This document shows positions 1 to 9,115 of a stretch of DNA of 64,000 nucleotides, in pieces; the first letter of the stretch is position 1; every line of letters starts with the position of its first letter. Below the pieces are notes generated by a model, which was given only the letters and a program-made list of their open reading frames with translations, ran no database searches and was not told the DNA's origin. Location of the stretch: the NCBI GenBank assembly GCA_035577025.1, contig DATLVU010000052.1:7303-71302 (forward strand), read 5' to 3'. The DNA is from Gemmatimonadales bacterium (GTDB lineage Bacteria > Gemmatimonadota > Gemmatimonadetes > Gemmatimonadales > GWC2-71-9). Made by a program: the position numbers and the translations under genes.

Positions 1-2
1 CG

Positions 3-1118
3 ATGGCGAACGTATTCCGCAATCTGTCCAAGGCTCGGCGGTCGACGGAGGTCGCGGCGGCAACGTTCCGAAAACTATCGCCGGACACCACGAAGGACGC
101 CGGGCTCTCCGAGATGCTGGGCCTTGCGGGCTTCGCCTACGTGATGTTTGCGGAGAACTATTGCTCCGGCATTCCGGTGAGCAACCTGAACTCCGATGGC
201 TCCTTTACCTTCGGCACACCGCTCACGACGGCGCAGCTGCTGGATACGGCGATCAATCGGTTCACCCAGAGTCTGGCGGCGGCCGCGGCGCTCGATACCA
301 GCGGCGCAACGGCGGCTGCTCGTGTGCCGAAGGTCGCGGCGCGGAAGAATGCCATGAGTCTGCCGAGCGTGGGTCTCGCGCGTGCCTACCTCGACTTAGG
401 CCAGTACACCGCCGCGGCCGCGGCCGCCGCGCCTGTTGCCACGACCTTCTCGTACGTGGTGACGCATGACCTCAATACCACGCGGCAGAACAACGGCGTG
501 TTCAAGGGCACGTTCACCTTCAAGCGGTACGGAATGGCGGACAAGGAGGGGACGAACGGGTTCCCCTATATCTCCGTCGCCGACCCGAGGACGCCAATTT
601 ATCGGCCGGCGGGTCCTGGTGGCGTCGGGTTCGACAACAATACACCGCAGATGGACCAGTTGCGGTACTTCGACGAAAAGGCCTCGGTCACCGTCGCAAC
701 TGGTCTGGAAGCACGTCTGATTCAAGCAGAGGCTGCATTGGATTCAGGCGACGCAACCGGAATGTACGCGATCTTGAATGCCCTGCGGGCGGCGCCGCCG
801 AGTTATATCCTGGCGGGGGTGCCCTCGAGTCCAACTACGACGCCCACTCCGGTGGCGGCGATGGCGGCCCTCAGCGGCACGGGGGACCCGGTGGATACGT
901 TATTCGCCGAGCGCGCGCGGTGGCTGTGGCTCACGGCGCACCGGCTCTCCGATCTGAGACGGCTGATCCGGCAGTACGGGCGTCCCGCGTCATCGGTATT
1001 CCCGACGGGCAACTATTTCAAACAGGGATTGGTCTACGCAACCGACGTAAATTTCCCGGTTCCGATTGACGAGCAGAACAACCCGAACTTCCAGCAGTGT
1101 CTCGATCGGAATCCGTAA
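3..1118 (+). CDS. SusD/RagB-family outer-membrane nutrient-binding protein (5' end outside window)
   Basis: ORF is open to the window edge. It is collinear with the complete SusD-like ORF at 7208-8593, sharing blocks such as GLEARLIQAEA / GIEARLIEAEA and ERA.WL...HRL.D.RRL. The C-termini also match: PVPIDEQNNPNFQQCLDRNP vs PVPFDEENNPKFAHCTDRNP. Confidence 0.85.
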   Translation: MANVFRNLSKARRSTEVAAATFRKLSPDTTKDAGLSEMLGLAGFAYVMFAENYCSGIPVSNLNSDGSFTFGTPLTTAQLLDTAINRFTQSLAAAAALDTSGATAAARVPKVAARKNAMSLPSVGLARAYLDLGQYTAAAAAAAPVATTFSYVVTHDLNTTRQNNGVFKGTFTFKRYGMADKEGTNGFPYISVADPRTPIYRPAGPGGVGFDNNTPQMDQLRYFDEKASVTVATGLEARLIQAEAALDSGDATGMYAILNALRAAPPSYILAGVPSSPTTTPTPVAAMAALSGTGDPVDTLFAERARWLWLTAHRLSDLRRLIRQYGRPASSVFPTGNYFKQGLVYATDVNFPVPIDEQNNPNFQQCLDRNP

Positions 1119-1140
1119 CGCGGTCGCGGGGAGCATGAAA

Positions 1141-1180
1141 GGCGGGGGGGGTCGCGTTTTGCCCCCCCCCGTTCCGTTTT
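1141..1180. terminator. bidirectional hairpin terminator (G8/C9 stem)
   Basis: G-run 1144-1151 pairs with C-run 1162-1170 across a 10-nt loop. T-rich tails follow on both strands. It lies between the convergent stops at 1118 and 1180. Confidence 0.5.
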
Positions 1181-1614
1181 CAGGTGGATCCGTTCTTCGT
1201 GCGAATCAGGATGACGCCGCTCACGGCGTTGGAGCCGTAGTACGTCGTCCCATCGATGCCGTTCAAGACCTCGATGCTCTCGATCGTGGATGCGGAAAGC
1301 TGCTGGAGGTTGCGAAAGTCCGGCATGCGTACGCCGTCAAGGAACACCAGCGGCGCATCGTTCAACAGAAGGCTCGATTGGCCCCGGCGTTCGAGCCTGG
1401 AGGGCTGGCCGCTCTTCTTTTCGCCGTAGGTCAGCTGTGGCACGAGCTTCCTGAGCGCCTCCCACGCCGTGGCGCTCCCGGAGTGCGCGATTTGATCGGC
1501 CGTAATGAAGATGCGATCGCCGTCATTCCCCGGCACATTTCGGGTTGCGTGTGCGGCGCACGAGAGTGAGAGCGTGACTGAAAGGGCGACGACGAAGGGG
1601 CACCTGCTGCCCAA
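1180..1614 (-). CDS. stand-alone TonB-dependent-receptor plug-domain protein, secreted (about 144 aa)
   Basis: The C-terminal ~110 aa resemble the plug of the SusC ORF in this window (IESIEVLNGIDGTTYYGSNAVSGVILIRTKNG vs IESFEVVRGPSASTLYGTDAANGVIVIKTKRG). No barrel follows. Start is placed at TTG 1614 after GGAGGA, giving the signal peptide MGSRCPFVVALSVTLSLSCAAHA; the longest ORF runs to 1800. Confidence 0.7.
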   Translation of the reverse strand: MGSRCPFVVALSVTLSLSCAAHATRNVPGNDGDRIFITADQIAHSGSATAWEALRKLVPQLTYGEKKSGQPSRLERRGQSSLLLNDAPLVFLDGVRMPDFRNLQQLSASTIESIEVLNGIDGTTYYGSNAVSGVILIRTKNGST

Positions 1615-1747
1615 GAGGTCCTCCGGCGGGGATGACCAAGCTTGCCGCGTTGCCGGGACGGGGTCAAGCAAGCACGTTGCAAAGGTGAACGTTCGATGTT
1701 GGTCGAGGCGACACCTAAACCCCGGCCCTGCGTAGTATTCTGCCGCC

Positions 1748-2512
1748 ATGCCTCTCGCCGCCCTCATCGCGCTCTTCCAGATCGGCCTTCCTGCCCCCAA
1801 AGGCTACGTCAACGATTTCGCGGGCGTGCTCGATCCTGCCGCCGTCACGCGCATCGAAGGCGTCGTAGCGGAGGTGCGTGAGAAAACGCGCGGTGAGATC
1901 GTCGTAGTCACCTTGGCCGACATCGGCGATCGGTCCGCGAGCGACGTGGCGCTGCAGATCGGGCGCGCCTGGAAAGTGGGTCCGGGGGGCTCCCCAGGAG
2001 ATCCCGCGCACAACCTCGGCGTGATCGTCCTGATGGTCCCCCGCAAAAACCACCGCCCCGGGACGGGCTCCTTTTTCATCGCGACCAGCAACGGAGCGGA
2101 GGGGTTCCTGACCGACGCGGCGGCCGGCCGGATCAGGGATGCGGTGAGCCCCGACTTGTCGCGCGAGGACTACTCCACGGCGATGGAGCGGGCGGTGGGC
2201 CTCGTGGCGGGTGCGTTTGCGCGCGAGTTCGGTGTCACCTTGTCCGGGGGGACGCCATCGGCGCCCGAGCCCGCGCCGGGCCTCCCCATACCGGTCGGAT
2301 GGATCATCGCCGCCGTGATCCTCCTGATCATGCTGAGCCGCGGCAGGATTCTCCTGCTACCGTTCTACCTGGGTGGTCTTGGGGGAGGCCGCAGTGGCGG
2401 TTGGGGCGGTGGTGGGTTTGGGGGAGGATGGAGTGGTGGCGGGGGAGGGGGGTTCGGGGGCTTCGGCGGGGGTGGAGGGTTCTCGGGTGGTGGCGCGGGA
2501 GGGCGCTTCTAG
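1748..2512 (+). CDS. TPM-domain (YgcG-like) membrane protein with Gly-rich tail
   Basis: Shows GYVNDFAGVL and EIVVVTLADIG motifs typical of TPM domains. A TM helix (WIIAAVILLIML) is followed by a GGGFGG-type tail. It clusters with a LemA gene, as is usual. Confidence 0.85.
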   Translation: MPLAALIALFQIGLPAPKGYVNDFAGVLDPAAVTRIEGVVAEVREKTRGEIVVVTLADIGDRSASDVALQIGRAWKVGPGGSPGDPAHNLGVIVLMVPRKNHRPGTGSFFIATSNGAEGFLTDAAAGRIRDAVSPDLSREDYSTAMERAVGLVAGAFAREFGVTLSGGTPSAPEPAPGLPIPVGWIIAAVILLIMLSRGRILLLPFYLGGLGGGRSGGWGGGGFGGGWSGGGGGGFGGFGGGGGFSGGGAGGRF

Positions 2513-2515
2513 TCC

Positions 2516-3202
2516 ATGGCCAAGCTGACGATCGACACCTTTGGCGATGCGGTCGCGCGCGCTCTCGGCCCGCGGCTGATCTCGCTCATCTTGTACGGGT
2601 CCGTGGCCCGCGGGACCCACGTTCCCGAGCGCTCGGACGTGAATACCCTGCTTATCTGTGACGCCGCGGACGATGCCTTGTTCGCGGCCCTTGCGCCCGT
2701 GTTGCGGGAGTGGCGTCGTGCCGGGCACCCGGCCCCGCTGATCTTCACCGAGCGCGAATGGCGGGCGTCCGGCGACGTGTTTGCGATCGAGTACGAGGAC
2801 ATCCGCCAGCACCACCGCTTGCTCGCGGGTCGCGACCCCTGGTCCGAGATCAGGATCGAGCGCGCGGACGTGCGCCGGCAGCTCGAGCGCGAGCTGATGG
2901 AAAAGCTCGTGCGGCTGCGCCAGGCGTATGCCGGCCTGCGCGACCAGCCGAAACAGCTGTCCCGCGCGATCGTAGGAAGCTCCGGCGGGTTTTTCACGAT
3001 GCTCCGCACCGTGCTGCGCCTCGCCGGTCGGCCCGTGCCGGGCCCGGCGGAGGCGGTGGTCAAGGAGGCCGCGGCGCTTGTCGGCTTTCCGGCCGCTGAG
3101 CTCGAGCCGCTGGTGCGTCGATCGGGCAACGGCGAGCGCCTCGCGCCAGCATACCTGGCGGCGCTCGCTCGCACTGTCGAATATGTGAACAGTCTTACAT
3201 AG
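2516..3202 (+). CDS. nucleotidyltransferase-domain protein
   Basis: N-terminal signature LILYGSVARGTHVPERSDVNTLLICD (GS...D.D minimal NTase fold). The C-terminal half is helical. Tightly packed between the TPM and LemA genes. Confidence 0.65.
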   Translation: MAKLTIDTFGDAVARALGPRLISLILYGSVARGTHVPERSDVNTLLICDAADDALFAALAPVLREWRRAGHPAPLIFTEREWRASGDVFAIEYEDIRQHHRLLAGRDPWSEIRIERADVRRQLERELMEKLVRLRQAYAGLRDQPKQLSRAIVGSSGGFFTMLRTVLRLAGRPVPGPAEAVVKEAAALVGFPAAELEPLVRRSGNGERLAPAYLAALARTVEYVNSLT

Positions 3203-3215
3203 AGAGAGGATCTCC

Positions 3216-3782
3216 GTGCGCGCTTCGAGGCTCTTTGCCGTGATCGCCGGTCTGATGCTCGTCACCGGCTGCGGGTACAACACGATTCAGACGTATGACG
3301 AGCAGGTGAACGCCGCCGGATCGCAGATCAAGGTCCAGCTGCAGCGGCGCGCCGATCTGGTGCCCAATCTGGTCGAAACAGTGAAGGGGTACGCCAAACA
3401 GGAGCAGACCATCTTCGGCGAGGTCGCCGAGGCCCGCGCCAAACTCGCCGGCGCAGTGCAGGGCGGGAACCTGCAACAGATGGCGCAGGCCAACGCCGCC
3501 CTCACGGCGCCGCTCGGCCGCTTACTCGCCATCGCCGAGAACTATCCGCAGCTCAAGTCCAACGAGAATTTCCGAGCGTTGCAGGACCAGCTCGAGGGGA
3601 CGGAAAATCGGATTGCCGTCGCGCGGCAGGATTACAACGACGCGGTGAACCGGTACAACGCGTACATCCGGCGATTCCCGCAGGTGCTCACCGCGAAGGC
3701 GATCGGGAAGGGGCCGCGGGAGTACTTCGAGCTCCAAACGCCCGAGGCGGCGCAGGCACCGAAGGTGGACTTCTCGAAGTAG
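3216..3782 (+). CDS. lemA: LemA family protein
   Basis: N-terminal lipoprotein-like anchor LMLVTGCGYN. Characteristic LemA blocks are present: RRADLVPNLVETVKGYA, ENYPQLKSNENF and DYNDAVNRYNAYIRRFP. Confidence 0.9.
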   Translation: MRASRLFAVIAGLMLVTGCGYNTIQTYDEQVNAAGSQIKVQLQRRADLVPNLVETVKGYAKQEQTIFGEVAEARAKLAGAVQGGNLQQMAQANAALTAPLGRLLAIAENYPQLKSNENFRALQDQLEGTENRIAVARQDYNDAVNRYNAYIRRFPQVLTAKAIGKGPREYFELQTPEAAQAPKVDFSK

Positions 3783-3789
3783 GCGTTGC

Positions 3790-3825
3790 GCGGGCGCCAC
3801 ACCACCGCTGGCGCTCGCTTTGTTT
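3790..3825 (+). terminator. rho-independent terminator after lemA
   Basis: GCGGGCGCCA (3790-3799) pairs with TGGCGCTCGC (3809-3818) with one mismatch across a 9-nt loop. The stem is followed by TTTGTTT. Confidence 0.6.
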
Positions 3826-4068
3826 CAGAATGGCGCAGTATCTGCAGCACTAACTGGGCGCGTTCCGGGAACCGTCTTCCCGGCCCGCGCTCAGTTCGTT
3901 TTCGGCTGTTGCCGTGCGTGTTCGCCTCGTCCTGCCGTCGGGGCGGCTCGCGCGAGATGTCATTTGCCAGACAAGTCGTGATCGCGTCGGACAGGCGTGG
4001 TACCCCTTGCGGTATCACGCCATGCGTGCGTCGCATCCGTCGCGTTGACGCAACACCGGGAGGGTCAT

Positions 4069-7000
4069 ATGTCACTCAGCCGTCTGCGCTTCGCCATCCG
4101 TCATTCGTTGCCGGCCGTCGCGGTCTTGGTTGGGCTCACCGGTTGGCTCCCCGCCGCCGTGAGGGCTCAGCAAGGCACCGTCGCGGGCCGGGTTACCGAC
4201 CAGGCGTCCGGACAACCGCTCGGCGGCGCCCGGGTCACCGTCGCCGGGACGTCGCTCATCACACAGACCAACGCCGACGGTCGCTACACCGTTTCACGAG
4301 TTCCGATCGGCCAGGCCACCGTCCGGGCGAACGCGGTCGGCTTCGGCGCGCAGTCGCGCACCGTGACTGTCAATGCAGGGGAGACGACGGTCGTTGATCT
4401 CGCGCTGACGCTGGCCCCGTATTCACTCGAAGAAGTGGTCGTGACCAGCACGGGAGACCAGGCCAAGAAGGAGGTCGGCAACGCGATCACTACGATTCGC
4501 GCGGACAGTCTGGTGGCGACCCGACCGATCACCAATATGAATGACCTGCTGGTGGCGAAGGTCGCGGGCGTGCAGCTGCTCCCGAGCCCCCTCACGGGTG
4601 GCGGAGGGCGCGTGCGGATTCGTGGCACGACATCCCTCTCGCTCTCCAACGAGCCGGTCTACATCATCGACGGGATCCGCATGGAGAGTGCCGTCGGGTC
4701 GTCGAGTATCGGCATCGGCGGAACGATTCCCTCCAGGGTCAACGACATCAATCCCGAGGAAATCGAATCCTTCGAAGTGGTGCGCGGCCCCTCGGCCTCG
4801 ACGCTCTACGGCACCGACGCGGCCAACGGCGTGATCGTCATCAAGACCAAGCGCGGGCGACCGGGCCCGGCGCAATGGTCCTTCTACACCGAAGGGGGGA
4901 TCATCAAGGATTACAACACCTGGCCTACGGCCTACCGCGGGTGGCGGACGGGGGCGACGGGGTCGACCAACTCCCTCCCGACCAACGGCGTGCAATGTAT
5001 CCTCACGCAAACGGCGCGCGCGCCGACGGACCCCCAGTTCTGCAGGCAGGACAGCGTCACGGCATACAACGTCTTCGAGGATCCAGACGCCTCGGCGCTC
5101 GGGACGGGGTACCGCGGGCAGGTAGGGGTGCAGGTCTCCGGGGGCGCGGAGACGGCCCGGTATTTCTTTGCGGGGGAAGTGAGCGACGAGCGAGGGCTGC
5201 TGCGGATGCCCCCAGCGTTCTACAGCAAGCTCACCACCGCGCGCCAGATCAGCGACGTCCCCTACGACCAGTATCGCCCCAATGCGCGCAAGTATTCCTC
5301 TCTGCGCGCCAACGTGAACGCCAGCCTCTCCCCGAGGCTCGACGCCGGGATCTCGACCGCGTTCATCACGAGTACGCAACGCCTGCCCCAGACCGACAAC
5401 AACACCACCGGGCTTCTCTCGAACGGATTCGGCGGCCCTGGAAACAAGAACAACGGTCGGCTGGGATATCGTCTGTACACGCCGGATCAGTTCTTCTCCG
5501 AGACCGTGAACCAGGACATCAACCGGTTTATCGGGAGCGGAACGCTAGACTGGCGGCCTACCAATTGGCTGACCGGTCGCACGGTCGCCGGGATCGACTA
5601 CACCGGACGAGTGGACCAGGACCTGTGCCGCCGTGATCAGTGCGCGCCGATCGACTCCGTCGCGATCACCGGCAACAAGACGGACAACCGGACCTTTTTC
5701 TTCGACTACACGTTGAATGCCGATGCGACGGCGACATTTCAGCTCAACCCCACGCTCGTCTCCAAGACGACCGTCGGGGCCCAGTACTTCAAGAGCATCT
5801 TCGACCGCAACGGCGCGTTCTCCTACAACCTGCCCCCCGGTGCGACCCAGGTCGGCGCGGGTGCCGTGCAATCGACCGGCTCATCGCGGAGCGAGGCGAA
5901 AACCGTCGGCGCGTTCGTGCAGCAGGAACTCGCGTTCCGGGACCGGCTGTTCGTCACCGCGGCGTTGCGCGCGGATGACAACAGCGCCTTCGGAGCGAAT
6001 TACAAAGCCGTGTATTACCCGAAGGCAAGCGTTTCCTGGGTCATCTCGGACGAGCCGTTCTTCCCGCGGTGGTCGTGGATCAATAGCGTCCGCGTGCGAG
6101 GTGCCCTCGGCTTCTCGGGGAACCACCCGGGCTCGACGGACGCGTTGAAGTTCTACGCGCCCAAGCCGGCCAACGTCGATAACGCCGACGCCGCCAGCCT
6201 CGTGGACAGCGCGATCGGCAACCCAAACCTGAAGCCGGAGCGGGCACGCGAGATCGAGCTGGGCGGTGAAGCGACGTTGCTCGCCAGCCGCCTGCACGTG
6301 GACTTCACCTACTACAACAAACGCACGAAAGACGCTCTGATCGCGCGGACGGTGGCTCCCTCCGTAGGGTCCGGGAACGTCACGCGGTTCGAGAACCTCG
6401 GTGCGGTCGTGAACCGCGGAGTCGAGTTCCTCGTGGAGGGGCAACTCATCACGAAGCCCTCCATCGGTTGGGACGCCACCGTGACCGGCTCGTACAACAC
6501 CAATTTCATCGCCGACATGGGCGGCGTGCCGCCCATCATTGGGACCACCATGGAAGAGCGCCAAGGCTACCCGATCGACGGCTATTGGCAGCGCGCCTAC
6601 ACGTACTCGGACCTGGATGGGAATGGGATCATTACGGCGAACGAGATTACCGTCGCCGATAGTATGACGTTCGTCGGGTATAGCCAGCCGCGCTGGGAGG
6701 TGGCGTTCACGAACGGGATTGACCTGTTCAACCGAAAGGTCCGGATCGTCGGGATGTTCGACCTGAAGGCTGGCCACTACCTCCTCAATGGTACGGATCG
6801 CATCCGCTGTCAGTCGCGGAACAACTGTCGCGGCCTCGTGGATCCGTCGGCGCCGCTGTGGGAGCAGGCCCGCGTTGTCGCGTTGCGCGAGTCGGGGACC
6901 ACCACCCAGTTCGGCTTCATGGAGAAGGCGGATTTCATCCGCCTGCGCGAGGCCTCCATCACGTATGAGCTTCCGTTGCAATGGGCCCGTGCGATGCGGG

Positions 7001-7176
7001 CGAGTCAGGCGAGCGTCACGCTGGCCGGCCGCAATCTCTGGAAGAGCACGAGTTACAGCGGCGTGGACCCGGAGAGCAATTACATCACGAATTCGGCTTC
7101 GACCGGATCGGTCAACGATTTCCAGACTCAGCCGCCGCCCACGTACTGGACGTTCCGGCTGAACGTCACCTTCTGA
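4069..7176 (+). CDS. SusC/RagA-type TonB-dependent outer-membrane receptor
   Basis: ATG 4069 is preceded by GGGAGGG. The order is signal peptide, carboxypeptidase-regulatory-like domain (GTVAGRVTD...ADGRYTV), plug (VVRGPSASTLYGTDAANGVIVIKTKRG), then a long barrel ending in a terminal F. A SusD-like gene follows. Confidence 0.92.
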   Translation: MSLSRLRFAIRHSLPAVAVLVGLTGWLPAAVRAQQGTVAGRVTDQASGQPLGGARVTVAGTSLITQTNADGRYTVSRVPIGQATVRANAVGFGAQSRTVTVNAGETTVVDLALTLAPYSLEEVVVTSTGDQAKKEVGNAITTIRADSLVATRPITNMNDLLVAKVAGVQLLPSPLTGGGGRVRIRGTTSLSLSNEPVYIIDGIRMESAVGSSSIGIGGTIPSRVNDINPEEIESFEVVRGPSASTLYGTDAANGVIVIKTKRGRPGPAQWSFYTEGGIIKDYNTWPTAYRGWRTGATGSTNSLPTNGVQCILTQTARAPTDPQFCRQDSVTAYNVFEDPDASALGTGYRGQVGVQVSGGAETARYFFAGEVSDERGLLRMPPAFYSKLTTARQISDVPYDQYRPNARKYSSLRANVNASLSPRLDAGISTAFITSTQRLPQTDNNTTGLLSNGFGGPGNKNNGRLGYRLYTPDQFFSETVNQDINRFIGSGTLDWRPTNWLTGRTVAGIDYTGRVDQDLCRRDQCAPIDSVAITGNKTDNRTFFFDYTLNADATATFQLNPTLVSKTTVGAQYFKSIFDRNGAFSYNLPPGATQVGAGAVQSTGSSRSEAKTVGAFVQQELAFRDRLFVTAALRADDNSAFGANYKAVYYPKASVSWVISDEPFFPRWSWINSVRVRGALGFSGNHPGSTDALKFYAPKPANVDNADAASLVDSAIGNPNLKPERAREIELGGEATLLASRLHVDFTYYNKRTKDALIARTVAPSVGSGNVTRFENLGAVVNRGVEFLVEGQLITKPSIGWDATVTGSYNTNFIADMGGVPPIIGTTMEERQGYPIDGYWQRAYTYSDLDGNGIITANEITVADSMTFVGYSQPRWEVAFTNGIDLFNRKVRIVGMFDLKAGHYLLNGTDRIRCQSRNNCRGLVDPSAPLWEQARVVALRESGTTTQFGFMEKADFIRLREASITYELPLQWARAMRASQASVTLAGRNLWKSTSYSGVDPESNYITNSASTGSVNDFQTQPPPTYWTFRLNVTF

Positions 7177-7207
7177 CACTCGGACACGCATGAGGAGGCA
7201 CGACACC

Positions 7208-8593
7208 ATGGCTCGCTCTCATTGGCCGCGGTCCCTGCGCGCCCTGAGCGTCATCGGGCTCGCCGCACTGCTACCGCTGCACGGATGCAACTCGCTCGGG
7301 CTTCTGGACGTCACGAACCCGGACATCATCCCGACCGTCAATTCGGCGTCGGGCGCTATTGCATTGAAGAACGGCGTCGTCCTGCGGCTGGCTCAGGTGA
7401 CTGCCGGCATCGGAGGAAACGGCCCGGACAACCTCTTCATTTACGGAGGGCTCTTAGCAGACGAGTATCGCTCGGGCGACACGTTCGTCCAGCGGAACGA
7501 CATGGATCAGCGGCGCTGGGACCCGACCAATACGTTCCTCGCCGGCCCGTTCCGTGACCTCAACCGCGTGCGCGCCGCGGGAGCGACCGCGATCACGGCG
7601 CTCCGCCAGTACTCGCCCGCGCCGTCTTCCAATATCGGGCTCATGTTTGCGTTTATCGGGTTCGCGGACAACCTGGCGGGAGAATACTACTGCAACGGGA
7701 TTCCGCTCAGCTCGGTGGTCGGGACCACCATCGTGTACGGGGATCCGGTGCCCTACGATTCGCTCTTCGGGCTGGCGATCGCCAACGCGGATTCCGCGGT
7801 CGCGATCGCCACCGGCACCGATAGCGTCAGCGCGCGCGTCCGACAGCTCGCGTGGGTCGTCAAGGGTCGGGCGCTCCTGAACCGCGGGCAGTTCGCAGCG
7901 GCGGCCGCGGCTGTGGCTTTGGTTTCGACCTCCTTCCACTATGATGTCTCGTTTTCCTCGAATGCCGGGCAGAACGAGATTTGGAATCTCAACACGAGCA
8001 TCAAGCGATACACGGTCGCCGACACCGAAGCCAACGTGGGTCTTCCCTTCGTCAGCGCCAACGATCCCCGCGTCCCCCGTGCAACGGGGGGGCCGGTGTT
8101 CGATAGTGCGTTTCCGATCACGTCGAATCGCGAGGGCATCTGGGGTCAGTTCAGCTCGGTGGCGATTGCGAGCGGCATCGAAGCGCGGTTGATCGAGGCG
8201 GAGGCCACGCTCCAGGCGGGTGATGCGGCCACCTGGCTGACCGACCTCAATGTGCTGCGCACGAACCCGTCGTTGTACGCACCGATTCAGTCAGGCTACA
8301 CCAGGGGACCGACGCTCGGGAACCTGACGGATCCGGGGAGCTTTGACGGGCGGGTGAACGTGATGTTCTACGAACGCGCCTTCTGGCTTTTCAGCACGGG
8401 CCATCGCCTGGGCGACATGCGTCGGCTGGTTCGGCCAACAGCACAAGGGGGATACGCGAGGCCGGTCAACACCGTGTACCCGAACGGAATCTTCATCAAG
8501 GGTGGTCTGTACGGGGACGCCCTCATGATGCCCGTCCCGTTCGACGAGGAGAACAACCCGAAATTCGCGCACTGCACGGATCGCAATCCATAA
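7208..8593 (+). CDS. SusD/RagB-family nutrient-binding lipoprotein
   Basis: Lipoprotein signal (LAALLPLHGCNS). It lies immediately downstream of SusC. It is a paralogue of the partial ORF 3-1118 with the same C-terminal motif. Confidence 0.88.
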   Translation: MARSHWPRSLRALSVIGLAALLPLHGCNSLGLLDVTNPDIIPTVNSASGAIALKNGVVLRLAQVTAGIGGNGPDNLFIYGGLLADEYRSGDTFVQRNDMDQRRWDPTNTFLAGPFRDLNRVRAAGATAITALRQYSPAPSSNIGLMFAFIGFADNLAGEYYCNGIPLSSVVGTTIVYGDPVPYDSLFGLAIANADSAVAIATGTDSVSARVRQLAWVVKGRALLNRGQFAAAAAAVALVSTSFHYDVSFSSNAGQNEIWNLNTSIKRYTVADTEANVGLPFVSANDPRVPRATGGPVFDSAFPITSNREGIWGQFSSVAIASGIEARLIEAEATLQAGDAATWLTDLNVLRTNPSLYAPIQSGYTRGPTLGNLTDPGSFDGRVNVMFYERAFWLFSTGHRLGDMRRLVRPTAQGGYARPVNTVYPNGIFIKGGLYGDALMMPVPFDEENNPKFAHCTDRNP

Positions 8594-8605
8594 TGCCGAA
8601 CGTGG

Positions 8606-9115
8606 TCATTCGGAACCGTTCTTGGTGCGGATGATGATCACTCCGCTCGTGGACGTGCCTCCGTAGTGGGTGGTGGCATCGAGCCCGCTCAACACCTCGA
8701 TGCTGAGCACGGTACTCGCGGGCACCTGGTCGAGTACCCGGATGTCGTAGACGGGCGTGTTGTCGAGGATCACGCGGACCTGGTCGTCGAGGTAGATGCT
8801 GGCTCGTCCGCGCCGCGCGATCCGAGCCGGCTGGCCGTCGCGCTCGCGGAGTTGCACGTTGGGGACGGTCTTCCGCACCGCGTCCCATGCGGTCTTTGCC
8901 CCCGACGCGGCGATCATTTCGGCGGTGATCACCTTGCCCGCGCTCGGCGTGCTCGACCGCTCGCTCCCGGCTCGCGCGCCCCCACACCCCATCGCGCACA
9001 GCAACCCCAGCCCGGCGACCCCATGAAACTTCCTTAAACGACGCAGGGGGCGCGATACGCTGCGCCCCCTTGCACGGCCGGCATCTACCCGCGACTCGTC
9101 AATCCACGATCGCAT
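8606..9115 (-). CDS. stand-alone TonB-dependent-receptor plug-domain lipoprotein (start uncertain)
   Basis: By eye about 45-50 % identical to ORF 1180-1614 over the plug region, ending IIIRTKNGSE. Lipobox-like LLCAMGC. ATG 9115 gives a long Arg-rich N-region (RRLRKF); a hairpin at 9045-9070 lies inside that extension, so the true start may be further downstream. Confidence 0.65.
   Translation of the reverse strand: MRSWIDESRVDAGRARGRSVSRPLRRLRKFHGVAGLGLLCAMGCGGARAGSERSSTPSAGKVITAEMIAASGAKTAWDAVRKTVPNVQLRERDGQPARIARRGRASIYLDDQVRVILDNTPVYDIRVLDQVPASTVLSIEVLSGLDATTHYGGTSTSGVIIIRTKNGSE
9045..9070 (-). terminator. hairpin downstream of the M23 peptidase gene (possible terminator)
   Basis: AGGGGGCGC (9045-9053) pairs with GCGCCCCCT (9062-9070) across an 8-nt loop. 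On the minus strand it is followed by TCGTTT. This conflicts with the longest reading of ORF 8606-9115. Confidence 0.3.

Noticed and set aside
2380-2505. G-rich repetitive DNA at the 3' end of the TPM gene.
   Set aside because: It is irregular at the DNA level and simply encodes the Gly-rich tail common in YgcG/TPM proteins. It is not a nucleotide-level tandem repeat.
8586-8603. A small hairpin, CCGAA-N8-TTCGG, between the SusD stop and the plug-gene stop.
   Set aside because: The stem is only 5 bp and there is no U-tract, which is too weak to call a terminator.
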